Positions 55,028 through 64,000 of a stretch of DNA of 64,000 bases are shown one piece after another (positions within the stretch are counted from its first letter, which is position 1; every line of letters starts with the position of its first letter). The DNA lies in assembly GCA_041661305.1 (NCBI GenBank), contig JBAZUR010000001.1, positions 234,101-298,100 of the forward strand, given 5' to 3'. The notes under the pieces were generated by a model. It saw only the letters and a program-made list of their open reading frames with translations, searched no databases and was not told the origin of the DNA. Made by a program: the position numbers and the translations under genes. The stretch comes from Minisyncoccota bacterium. Lineage in GTDB: Bacteria > Patescibacteriota > Minisyncoccia > Phycocordibacterales > VMEP01.

Positions 55028-56284
55028 TTAATAATTTCTTAACCTATCTGCCTTCTCGTGTTGGCGGATTTTTTCGTGTACTTTAGCTTCAATCTGGCGA
55101 ATACGTTCACGTGTCACACCGAACTCCTGTCCCACCTCTTCAAGTGTATGCATTACTCCATCAACAAGACCATGTCTCATTTCAAGAATTTTTCTTTCCT
55201 TTGGAGAAAGATCATTTAAAATTTCTTTAACCTGATCAGAAAGAATACGGCGCGAAGATTCCTGCGCTGGAGAAAGAATAGTCTCATCAGCAATAAATTC
55301 ACCGAGAGTTGATTTGTCTTCATCATCACCGATTGGTTTTTCAAGGGAGACTGTATCTTGATTGATATTTTCAATCATGTGGATTTTTTCTACATCGATT
55401 CCCATTTCAGTTGCAATCTCTTCTGGTAATGGGTCACGTCCCAAATCTTGAGACAAACGTCGTGATACTTGTTTGTATTTAGCGATTGTTTCCACCATGT
55501 GCACAGGAATACGAATTGTTCTTGATTGATCAGCAAGAGCGCGTGTAATAGCCTGGCGAATCCACCATGTTGCATAGGTTGAAAACTTAAATCCTTTGGT
55601 CCAATCGAACTTATCAACCGCTTTATGTAAACCAAGATTTCCTTCCTGAATAAGATCGAGGAGTGTTAAGTCTGAGCTACGTCCAACGAATTTCTTTGCA
55701 ATAGAAACAACGAGGCGAAGGTTGGCGCGCCAGAGCAAATCTCTCGCTTCTTTATCCCCTTTTTCAATACGGCGGGCATACTCCTTTTCCTCATTTGCAG
55801 AAAGAAGCGGGTATTGTCCAATCTCTCTAAGATACATTTGAATAGCGTCGTACGAAGATGATTCACGGCCATAACCTCTTTTCTCTAAAATCTCTTTGGC
55901 ATCAACATCAAGTAAATTTCCACCCTCAAGAACGTCTATGCCAGCACTACCAAAGCGTTCGTAAAGTTCATCCAAAAATAAAATATTATTTTCAACGTTT
56001 GGGAATTCTTTTAAAATTTCATCATAGGTGATGAAACCACGCTTTTTACCCTTAGCGATAAGGATATCTGCTTTATCAACCAACAAATCATGCTTTGTTT
56101 TCTTTACTGGTTTTGCTGGTTTAGCCGGCTTCTTAGCCTTCACAGGTTTTTTTACAGCCACTTTCTTTACCTTCTTTGCAGGTACTTTCTTTTTTGGAGC
56201 AACCTTTTTAGCCACCTTTTTCTTAGCTGGTTTCTTCACCTTTTTTGGTGCTACTTTTGTTTTTTTGGCTTTTGCTTTTGGCAT
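55028..56284 (-). CDS. rpoD: RNA polymerase sigma-70 factor RpoD with a lysine/alanine/proline-rich N-terminal extension
   Basis: 418 aa. Regions 1.2-4.2 conserved ([29 protein letters not shown], region 4 HTH). The first roughly 60 aa read [26 protein letters not shown]... Confidence 0.9.
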   Translation of the reverse strand: MPKAKAKKTKVAPKKVKKPAKKKVAKKVAPKKKVPAKKVKKVAVKKPVKAKKPAKPAKPVKKTKHDLLVDKADILIAKGKKRGFITYDEILKEFPNVENNILFLDELYERFGSAGIDVLEGGNLLDVDAKEILEKRGYGRESSSYDAIQMYLREIGQYPLLSANEEKEYARRIEKGDKEARDLLWRANLRLVVSIAKKFVGRSSDLTLLDLIQEGNLGLHKAVDKFDWTKGFKFSTYATWWIRQAITRALADQSRTIRIPVHMVETIAKYKQVSRRLSQDLGRDPLPEEIATEMGIDVEKIHMIENINQDTVSLEKPIGDDEDKSTLGEFIADETILSPAQESSRRILSDQVKEILNDLSPKERKILEMRHGLVDGVMHTLEEVGQEFGVTRERIRQIEAKVHEKIRQHEKADRLRNY

Positions 56285-56307
56285 ATTTTTAAAATTATAA
56301 AATTAAA

Positions 56308-58032
56308 TTATTGGTGGCGACTATTTTTTAAACTGTTTATTTTTTGTGAAATTTCGTTGCATTTTTTTGTTAATTCGCTGATTTCGTTTTCTCTTTTTGC
56401 GTCTCCGGAACTTTCTGCTTCTTTTAATTTTCTTACCTCTTCCTTAAATCTTTCTTCCAGACAATCTAGTTCCAGATTAATAAAAAGTTCATCCACTTCG
56501 CGAAGCAGTTTCTTTTCCTCATTATAATTATTTTCGAAAACTAAAATCATTCGCTCTCGCTCCATATCTGGAACAAGATCTATCTCCATCAAACCATAGG
56601 TGCGAGCAAGAACATCATATCGTTCCCTTAATATTTTTGGGTCGATGAGTGGATTTTTTATCCCTTCTTGCCACGACGTAATGCCGGCTATAGTAGCACG
56701 TATTTTGTTTAAGCGCGATATAGTTGGCTTCTCGGCTGTCGCAACAGAATCCTCTACAATAGGCGTACTTGGTAATTTCTTAACTTCCTCCCAAACATGT
56801 TCTTCTGCAACCTTGAGTTCATTTGCAACTTTTCCCACAAAATGAGCTTGGTCAATTTTGTTTGATATTTCTGCAATATACGGAATTACACGCTTCCCTA
56901 CTTCTCTTCTAAACGCTGGTTCATCTAATTTTTTCTCGCGAATTCCATTTAAGACAAAATCAACAATATGATTGGCCTCCTTAATAACTTTATTCCATTC
57001 ATCTTTATCTTTCGCAATTAAATCAGCAGGATCAACATCTTTTGGTAGACGCGCGACTTTCACATCAATCCCTAGAGAAATTGCTAAGCGAAATGCGCGC
57101 TCCGAAGCGTTTAGTCCGGCATCGTCACCATCAAGTGCAACAATCAAACTATCAGCAAATCTCTTTATCATCTGAAGATGGTCTGCCGTAAGCGCTGTTC
57201 CAGACAATGCCACAGTGTTGAAAGTTCCCGCTTGATGAGCCAAGAGCAAGTCCATCTGGCCTTCAACCAAGATAGCTGTGTTGCTCTGAAGCATTGCGCG
57301 CTTCGCCTTATCGTATCCATATAAGACACTGGACTTGTGATAAAGCGGTGTCTCTGGAGTATTCACGTATTTTGCGGCCTCTCCTTTGCTCGGTGCATCA
57401 AACAATCTTCCAGAAAATCCAACAATACGACCAATCGTGTTTGAAAGAGGAAACATAATTCTTCCGCGGAAACGATCATAATAACCACGATTCCCCATTA
57501 TGCTTAAGCCTGCTTTTTCAATTTCTTGGTCGGTAAAACCTTTGCTTTTTAAAACATCGTAAAGTGTGGACCAATTGGTGTCAGCATAACCCAATCTCCA
57601 GTCGGCGATTGTGCCGACATTAAGTCCCCGCTTTGTTATATATTCTTTTGCCGAAGGATTGGCACCCAAACTATTTTCAAAGAAACGGGTCGCCTCTTCA
57701 AGTACGCTATATAGTCTTTCGTATTCGCTTTTTAGTTTTGGGTCAACTGCTCGCAATTCCACACCAGCCTTATCAGCCAATGTTTTTAGCGCCGAAGCAA
57801 AATCAACTCCTTCTATTTCCTCAACAAAGCTGAAAATGTCTCCACCTCGGTTACACCCAAAACAGTGGTAAGTTCCACGAGCTGGCGAGATAAAGAAGGA
57901 CGGAGTGCGTTCGTTATGGAACGGACATCGCGCTTTGTAATTACTACCGGCCTTTTCTAATTTGATATAGGAAGAAGTAACATCAACAATAGAGAGGCGT
58001 TCTTTTATTTGTTCAACTGGTGTTGTGGACAT
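56308..58032 (-). CDS. dnaG: DNA primase DnaG
   Basis: 574 aa. Zinc-binding CPFHNERTPSF...CFGC, Toprim domain (EGQMDLL, DGDDAG). Confidence 0.9.
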   Translation of the reverse strand: MSTTPVEQIKERLSIVDVTSSYIKLEKAGSNYKARCPFHNERTPSFFISPARGTYHCFGCNRGGDIFSFVEEIEGVDFASALKTLADKAGVELRAVDPKLKSEYERLYSVLEEATRFFENSLGANPSAKEYITKRGLNVGTIADWRLGYADTNWSTLYDVLKSKGFTDQEIEKAGLSIMGNRGYYDRFRGRIMFPLSNTIGRIVGFSGRLFDAPSKGEAAKYVNTPETPLYHKSSVLYGYDKAKRAMLQSNTAILVEGQMDLLLAHQAGTFNTVALSGTALTADHLQMIKRFADSLIVALDGDDAGLNASERAFRLAISLGIDVKVARLPKDVDPADLIAKDKDEWNKVIKEANHIVDFVLNGIREKKLDEPAFRREVGKRVIPYIAEISNKIDQAHFVGKVANELKVAEEHVWEEVKKLPSTPIVEDSVATAEKPTISRLNKIRATIAGITSWQEGIKNPLIDPKILRERYDVLARTYGLMEIDLVPDMERERMILVFENNYNEEKKLLREVDELFINLELDCLEERFKEEVRKLKEAESSGDAKRENEISELTKKCNEISQKINSLKNSRHQ

Positions 58033-58118
58033 GACATCTAGCTTCTTTAGCTTTCAGCTTCTTTAGCGTTAATGCTTCACCTAACCACCTAAAAGCTAAT
58101 GCCTAAAAGCTGACTAAA

Positions 58119-61100
58119 TTATTCTTCGTCCTCTTCTTCTACGACTTCTTTTCCGCCTTTTGCCTTGAATCCAGTTCCAGCAGGAATCAATCGCCCAACA
58201 ATTACGTTTTCTTTCAAGCCACGCAAATCGTCAATCTTTCCACGAACTGCTGAGTTGATAAGCACACGTGTGACATTTTGGAATGATGCTGATGAAAGCC
58301 AACTTTTTGTTGAAAGTGCAACCTCGGTAATACCAAGAATGACTGACTCTCCTTCAGCAACATCACCGCCAGCTTCTTTGGTGCGTGCATTCTCAAGTGC
58401 AAATTCCATATTTTCTACAAGCTCTCCGACAGTAAATGAAGTATCTGCACTCTCCTTGATACGTCTTCGTGAGAACATCTGACGAATAATGATTTCTATG
58501 TGCTTACGCGAAATAGAAGCTCCTTGTAGTTCGTAAATGTTATTAATTTCTTTAATAACATATTCTTCTGCAGCTTCACGTCCACCATACTTATAAAGTT
58601 CTGCCAAATCAGCTGAACCGTCAGTAATGATGTCTCCCTTCTTTATTTTACTTCCAACTTTAACAAGCGGACTTCGTCTGAACGGAGCAACAAACTCTAC
58701 TTCTCCAACCTTACCTTTCTTTACGTCTGTTTCATCAAGTAATACTTTGATGACTTTCTCGCGGCCAACTTCGTTTATTTCAATCACTTCTCCATTAACA
58801 CTTGAAACAACAGCTGGTGATTTTGGAATTCGACGTTCGAAAATTTCTTCAACACGTGGAAGACCCATCGTAATGTCGACACCCGCAACACCTCCAGCGT
58901 GGAACGTACGCATCGTCAACTGAGTACCTGGTTCACCGATAGCTTGTGCCGCGATAATACCGACAGCTTCACCTTTTTCAACCATTCTGTTTCTTGCAAG
59001 ATCAAGACCGTAACACATACGACAAATGCCGTGCAATGTTTTACAAGTAAGAGGTGTTCTAACAAACACTTCTGTTATTCCAGCGGCTTCAATCCTCATC
59101 GCGTCGCTCTTGAGAATAAGAAATCCTTTCTTGTACATTACTTCACCTTTCTCGTCTTTGATATCAGTTGCCAAAATACGTCCGCGAATACTCTTTGAAA
59201 TTGGCACTTCGATTCCAGAAAGAGTTTCTTTTGTGATTCTCTTTGTTTCCTTCGTACCACAGTCATCTTCTGTAATCACTGAATCTTGAGCAACGTCAAC
59301 AAGCTTTCTTGTGAGATATCCTGCCTTTGCCGTGTTGAGTGCCGTGTCGGCCAAACCTTTACGAGCACCGTGAGTAGTAGTGAAGTATTCAATTGGTGAA
59401 AGACCTTCTTTATATGATGGAATGATTGGGAAATCGATTGTTCGTCCAGCAGTGTTGATAATGAGACCTTTCATTCCAGACATCTGACTCAACTGAGTAA
59501 TAGAACCTCGAGCTCCAGAAGTAACCAAGTCGTGAGCTGAACCGTTTCTATCAAGTGTTTCTGGAACAAGCTTATCAAGCTCTCCTTTAACACCCTGCCA
59601 GACCTCGATTGTCTTTCTGTATCTTTCTTCTTCAGCCAACAAACCATCGTTAAACTGACTTAGAATTTCATCAACCTTCTTTCTTCCAACAGCAACAATT
59701 TCTTTCTTTCTTGGGTGAACCTTAACATCGTCCATTCCCCATGTTGTTCCAGAGACTGTGGCGTACTTATAACCAAAGGTTTTAATCTTATCCAAAACTG
59801 CAGGAGTTTTCTCAATACCATAACGAGCAATCAATTCATCAACTAAAGCAGCGAGCTTCTTAATGTTGACCTCTTCGTTCATGTAAGGAAAATCTTTTGG
59901 CAAAATTGAATTGAAAAGAAGACGACCAACAGATGTTTCAAAAACCTTACCTTCAAACTGGTTATACTTTGGACTGTCTGTTGGTAAAACTTTAATCTTT
60001 GAACGGAAAGCAACTATATCAAAGTCGTAGGACATAATTGCGTTGTTTGGACTTGGGAAGAATTTTCCTTCACCTTTTTCACCATCAACAACTTTTGTCA
60101 TCCAGTAACAACCAAGCACGATATCGAGCTTTGGGTTAACGATTGGATCACCGTTTCCTGGCTTCAAAAGATTTCTGTTTGCAGCCATTAAGCTACCAGC
60201 TTCTTCTTGGGCTTCTTTAGAAAGCGGAACGTGAACGGCCATCTGGTCTCCATCGAAGTCAGCGTTGAAAGCTGTACAAACTAGTGGGTGCACCTGGATT
60301 GCGTTTCCTTCAATTAGTACTGGGTGGAAAGCCTGAATACCTAAACGGTGAAGTGTTGGTGCGCGGTTTAGAAGAACGTATTTTCCCTTGATTACTTCTT
60401 CAAGAATTGCCCAAACCTCTGGCACACCTTCGTCGATTAAACGACCGGCGCCACGAATGTTGTAAGCAAGCTCTCTTTCAAGAATTTTAGAAATAACAAA
60501 TGGGCGGAAAAGTTCAAGCGCCATATGCTTTGGCAAACCACACTGGTCTAAGTGAAGCTGAGGTCCAACGACGATAACTGAACGTCCAGAATAATCTACA
60601 CGCTTACCCAAAAGGTTTTGACGGAAGAGACCCTGCTTTCCCTTCAAATTGTCTGAGAGTGATTTAAGTGAACGGCGCTGAGATTGATTCATTGCCATTG
60701 CCTCAGACTGTCGACGAATTGAATTGTCGATAAGTGAGTCAACAGCTTCCTGCAAAATACGCTTTTCGTTACGCAAGATAACATCTGGTGCGCCGATTTC
60801 GAGAAGCTTTCTCAAACGATTGTTTCGGTTGATAACACGACGATAAAGATCGTTCACGTCTGATGTTGCATGACGTCCACCTTCAAGGGCAACCATTGGA
60901 CGAAGTGCTGGAGGAATTACTGGAATAACAGTCAAGAACATCCAATCTGGACGAACGTTTGAATTGATCATTGCACGAATAAGCGATAAGCGCTTTTCGG
61001 TTTTTTCTCTTTCAATAGCAGTTGTCTTTTTTGTGTTGCTTGTAAGTTCGTTCTCGAGTTTTTTCAAATCTAGATTTTTGAAAAGATTGAAGATAGCTTC

Positions 61101-61745
61101 TGCTCCGATTGTTGCCTCAAAGACTGAACCGTATTTTAAGGCATAACGGTGATATGTTGCCTCATCAAGAACTTTTCCGGTAACAATTTCACCAACTTCT
61201 TTCTTTGCAGTTGAAAGCATTTCTTTGATTTTTTCACGAGATGCTTCATCGGTCATTGATTTAACCTTTGCTTTGTATTCTGATTCTAGATTTTTAATGA
61301 TTTTATCTTTTTCCTCATCATTTATTTTTGTGACGATATAGCCAGCAAAATAAATAACCTTTTCAAGATCTGTAACTGGTACGTTCATCAAAAGACTCAT
61401 TCTTGATGGAACTCCACGGAGAAACCAAATATGAGCAACTGGACTTGCGAGTTCAATGTGACCCATTCGTTCACGGCGAACAATAGAGCGAGTTACTTCA
61501 ACTCCACATTTCTCACAAACAATATCCTTATAACGAATACGACGATACTTTCCGCAGTAACACTCAAAGTCTTTCTCAGGACCAAAGATGCGCTCATCGA
61601 AAAGACCTCCGCGTTCTGAACGGCCAGTTCGATAATTAATTGTTTCTGGTTTTGTTACCTCACCATATGACCATTCTCTGATTTTGTCTGGAGACGCAAC
61701 CGAGAGTGAAATGGCATCGAAATCGCTTGTATCAAATGTTTTCAT
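58119..61745 (-). CDS. rpoC: DNA-directed RNA polymerase subunit beta-prime
   Basis: 1208 aa. Zn-binding CYCGKY...CEKCGVEV, catalytic NADFDGD, trigger loop and bridge helix regions. Confidence 0.95.
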   Translation of the reverse strand: MKTFDTSDFDAISLSVASPDKIREWSYGEVTKPETINYRTGRSERGGLFDERIFGPEKDFECYCGKYRRIRYKDIVCEKCGVEVTRSIVRRERMGHIELASPVAHIWFLRGVPSRMSLLMNVPVTDLEKVIYFAGYIVTKINDEEKDKIIKNLESEYKAKVKSMTDEASREKIKEMLSTAKKEVGEIVTGKVLDEATYHRYALKYGSVFEATIGAEAIFNLFKNLDLKKLENELTSNTKKTTAIEREKTEKRLSLIRAMINSNVRPDWMFLTVIPVIPPALRPMVALEGGRHATSDVNDLYRRVINRNNRLRKLLEIGAPDVILRNEKRILQEAVDSLIDNSIRRQSEAMAMNQSQRRSLKSLSDNLKGKQGLFRQNLLGKRVDYSGRSVIVVGPQLHLDQCGLPKHMALELFRPFVISKILERELAYNIRGAGRLIDEGVPEVWAILEEVIKGKYVLLNRAPTLHRLGIQAFHPVLIEGNAIQVHPLVCTAFNADFDGDQMAVHVPLSKEAQEEAGSLMAANRNLLKPGNGDPIVNPKLDIVLGCYWMTKVVDGEKGEGKFFPSPNNAIMSYDFDIVAFRSKIKVLPTDSPKYNQFEGKVFETSVGRLLFNSILPKDFPYMNEEVNIKKLAALVDELIARYGIEKTPAVLDKIKTFGYKYATVSGTTWGMDDVKVHPRKKEIVAVGRKKVDEILSQFNDGLLAEEERYRKTIEVWQGVKGELDKLVPETLDRNGSAHDLVTSGARGSITQLSQMSGMKGLIINTAGRTIDFPIIPSYKEGLSPIEYFTTTHGARKGLADTALNTAKAGYLTRKLVDVAQDSVITEDDCGTKETKRITKETLSGIEVPISKSIRGRILATDIKDEKGEVMYKKGFLILKSDAMRIEAAGITEVFVRTPLTCKTLHGICRMCYGLDLARNRMVEKGEAVGIIAAQAIGEPGTQLTMRTFHAGGVAGVDITMGLPRVEEIFERRIPKSPAVVSSVNGEVIEINEVGREKVIKVLLDETDVKKGKVGEVEFVAPFRRSPLVKVGSKIKKGDIITDGSADLAELYKYGGREAAEEYVIKEINNIYELQGASISRKHIEIIIRQMFSRRRIKESADTSFTVGELVENMEFALENARTKEAGGDVAEGESVILGITEVALSTKSWLSSASFQNVTRVLINSAVRGKIDDLRGLKENVIVGRLIPAGTGFKAKGGKEVVEEEDEE

Positions 61746-61758
61746 ATGTTTATTTTAA

Positions 61759-64000
61759 TTAATTGCGTCTCTTTTTTCTAAGTTCGACATCAAGGGCCAA
61801 TCCGCGTAAGTAATTGAGCATAACCGTAAATGATGCAGGTGCGTTTGGCGTTCTCACATCTTCACCCTTAATAATGGAATCAAACGTCTGTGAACGACCG
61901 ACGATATCGTCTGACTTAACAGTGAGCATTTCACGGAGAGTATGGGCTGCGCCATATCCTTCGAGAGCCCACACTTCCATTTCACCGAAGCGCTGACCTC
62001 CACCTTGCGCCTTTCCACCAAGTGGTTGCTGAGTAATGAGCGAGTACGGTCCGATGGAGCGCATGTGAATCTTGTCTTCCACCATGTGGTGAAGCTTCAT
62101 GATATACATGTATCCAATGGCAATTTCTTGATTGAACGAATCACCAGTACGACCGTCGTAAAGTTTAACCTTACCTGTTTCCGCAAATCCGGCTTTCTTA
62201 AGTTCATCACGAATTTCCTGGTCAGTTGCTCCTTGGAAAGGAGGAACGATTGCTTGGTAATTCAAAGTGTTTGCCGCGAGACCCATGTGAAGCTCGAGAA
62301 TCTGTCCCAAGTTCATACGAGAAGGAACTCCAAGTGGCGTTAAAATAACATCGATTGGCGTACCGTCTTCCATGTATGGCATGTCTTGCTCAGGCAAAAT
62401 GAGGGAGATAACACCTTTGTTTCCGTGACGTCCTGCTAGTTTGTCTCCAACAGAAATGTTTCTAAGCTGAGCGACTTCGATATGGATTCTCTTAATGATT
62501 CCGCTATCAAGTGAGTCACCACTATCGCGAGAGAAAACCTTCACACCAACAATACGCCCACGCTTACCGTGTTCCATGCGAAGTGAAGTATCTTTAACAT
62601 CGCGAGCTTTCTCGCCGAAAATCGAACGAAGGAGTCTTTCTTCTGGTGTAAGCTCTGATTCGCCTTTTGGTGTAATTTTACCAACCAAAATATCGTTTGG
62701 ACGAACTTCGGCACCAATACGAACAATTCCATCAATGTCGAGATCTTTCAATTTTGTTTCTCCAACGTTTGGAATGTCGCAAGTTGTGACCTCGGGTCCA
62801 AGTTTTGTATCACGAACATTCACAACGAACTCTTCGATGTGAATACTTGTAAACTTACTATCCTTAACAAGTCTTTCTGAAAGGATGATGGCGTCTTCGT
62901 AGTTCGAACCGTCCCAAACCATAAAACCAACCAAGACGTTTTGTCCGAGTGCTACCTGTCCGTGGTCAGACGATGATGTGTCCGCCATAACCTCACCCTT
63001 TTTAACTTTTTGGCCAACTGAAACTATTGGGCGCTGGTGGAAAACGCTAAAGTCGTTTGTTCTAGAGTAATTAACTAAAGTATATTCTTTTTCTTTTCCT
63101 GACTTTGTTCCTTCAACTTTAATTTTCTTTGCATCAACATAGGTAACCGTTCCCTCTTCCTCTGAAAGAATTAGTCGTCCAGTAAAGTGAGCAACCGAGT
63201 GTTCCATTCCTGTCGCAACAAGTGGAGCTTCCGGGATGATACAAGGCGTTGCTTGCTTCTGCATGTTGGAACCCATGAGTGCGCGACCGGCGTCGTCGTG
63301 TTCCAAGAATGGAATGAGTGATGTTGCTACAGAGAAAGGCTGTGTTGTTGAAACGTCGATGTAATCAACTTCGTTTTTATCAACCAAACCTGGTTCTGTC
63401 TTAACGCGAGCTTCAACTTTCTTTTCTAAAATATTTCCTTCTTCATCATAAGGAATGCCAGCGTGGGCAATAATGCTTCCCTCTTCTTCAAGAGCGTTCA
63501 AGTAAACAATTTCTTTTGTGATTTTTCCGTTCTTAACCTTAACGTAAGGTGTTTCGATAATACCGAAATCATTGATACGAGCATGTGTCGAAAGGTGCAA
63601 AATAAGACCGATGTTCTGACCTTCTGGAGTGTGAATTGGACAAACGCGACCGTAGTGTGAAGTGTGCACGTCACGAACTTCAAGACCGGCTCTTTCACGG
63701 GTAAGACCGCCTGGTCCAAGTGCTGAAAGCGTTCGAAGGTGTTCAATTTCGTCCAAAACGTTACCCTGACTCATAAACTGAGAGAGTTGGTTTGTTGTAA
63801 AGAATTCTTTGATACGAGCTTGGAGTGGGCGTTGGTTAACTATCTGAATTGGGAGTGTTGTCTCAGCATCAATAGTAGACATTCTGTCTTGAATGTTTCT
63901 TTTCATCTGAGCCATACCAACACGGATTTTTGCTTGAAGCATTTCTCCAACGTATCTAACACGACGAAGACCCAAGTGGTCGATATCATCAGCTTCTGCT
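61759..64000 (-). CDS. rpoB: DNA-directed RNA polymerase subunit beta, C-terminal roughly 745 aa. The 5' end lies beyond the window.
   Basis: DHLGLRRVRYVGEML, the rifampicin region, and C-terminal GGQRFGEMEVWALE. The ORF is open to the window edge. The M in the track is an internal TTG. Confidence 0.95.
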   Translation of the reverse strand, partial: AEADDIDHLGLRRVRYVGEMLQAKIRVGMAQMKRNIQDRMSTIDAETTLPIQIVNQRPLQARIKEFFTTNQLSQFMSQGNVLDEIEHLRTLSALGPGGLTRERAGLEVRDVHTSHYGRVCPIHTPEGQNIGLILHLSTHARINDFGIIETPYVKVKNGKITKEIVYLNALEEEGSIIAHAGIPYDEEGNILEKKVEARVKTEPGLVDKNEVDYIDVSTTQPFSVATSLIPFLEHDDAGRALMGSNMQKQATPCIIPEAPLVATGMEHSVAHFTGRLILSEEEGTVTYVDAKKIKVEGTKSGKEKEYTLVNYSRTNDFSVFHQRPIVSVGQKVKKGEVMADTSSSDHGQVALGQNVLVGFMVWDGSNYEDAIILSERLVKDSKFTSIHIEEFVVNVRDTKLGPEVTTCDIPNVGETKLKDLDIDGIVRIGAEVRPNDILVGKITPKGESELTPEERLLRSIFGEKARDVKDTSLRMEHGKRGRIVGVKVFSRDSGDSLDSGIIKRIHIEVAQLRNISVGDKLAGRHGNKGVISLILPEQDMPYMEDGTPIDVILTPLGVPSRMNLGQILELHMGLAANTLNYQAIVPPFQGATDQEIRDELKKAGFAETGKVKLYDGRTGDSFNQEIAIGYMYIMKLHHMVEDKIHMRSIGPYSLITQQPLGGKAQGGGQRFGEMEVWALEGYGAAHTLREMLTVKSDDIVGRSQTFDSIIKGEDVRTPNAPASFTVMLNYLRGLALDVELRKKRRN

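Noticed and set aside
56028-56527. Plus-strand ORFs (90 and 145 aa) full of F/L repeats
   Set aside because: These are antisense translation of the lysine-codon repeats (AAA/AAG giving TTT/CTT) in the rpoD N-terminal tail. Not genes.
1-64000. CRISPR arrays, rRNA operons, integrases, transposases and phage structural genes
   Set aside because: No regularly spaced direct repeats with unique spacers were seen. No rRNA-like conserved stretches were seen. No ORF had recombinase, transposase or phage hallmark motifs. The mobile-looking signals are limited to the small non-autonomous repeat family and the tRNA-end duplications.

Overview
This is an AT-rich (roughly 38-40% GC by eye) bacterial chromosomal segment that is densely packed with housekeeping genes on both strands. 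The gene content and architecture look like a small-genome, CPR/Patescibacteria-like organism, but that is inference from sequence alone. Identifiable operons include the dcw cluster (mraZ-rsmH-ftsL-ftsI-murF), mreBCD-mrdA, a SUF Fe-S assembly cluster (sufB-sufD-sufS-sufU-sufC-DUF59) and rpoD-dnaG-rpoC-rpoB. Also present are rpmA, rplI, rplU, cysS, lysS, proS, dnaB, recR, rmuC, priA-like, def-fmt, truB, dinB, frr, rseP, murA, greA, hpf and ppiB, plus two tRNAs: tRNA-Glu(CUC) on the minus strand and tRNA-Asn(GUU) on the plus strand. No rRNA genes or CRISPR arrays were seen. Two kinds of signal go beyond routine annotation. The first is a dispersed family of at least six intergenic structured repeat elements. 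Each has a long outer stem, a GC-rich core (e.g. CATTGCGCAGTGCGACGGCACGAGCATAG) and an inner hairpin whose loop is always AGCA, while the stem sequences co-vary between copies. Two copies lie immediately 3' of the tRNA genes and partly mimic the adjacent tRNA arms. The second is a set of about ten short, markedly GC-richer single-gene islands. Each has a strong Shine-Dalgarno site and its own GC-hairpin terminator, and they are inserted between or inside housekeeping operons. Other notable items follow. The PriA homolog has lost both Walker A and DExH motifs. There is a candidate sRNA with its own promoter and terminator next to rplU. The sigma-70 has a histone-like lysine-rich N-terminus. There are two Cas4-like PD-(D/E)XK nucleases, a bacterial SET-domain protein and a stand-alone GGDEF cyclase. 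A perfect 50-bp palindrome lies between two convergent GC-rich small genes.
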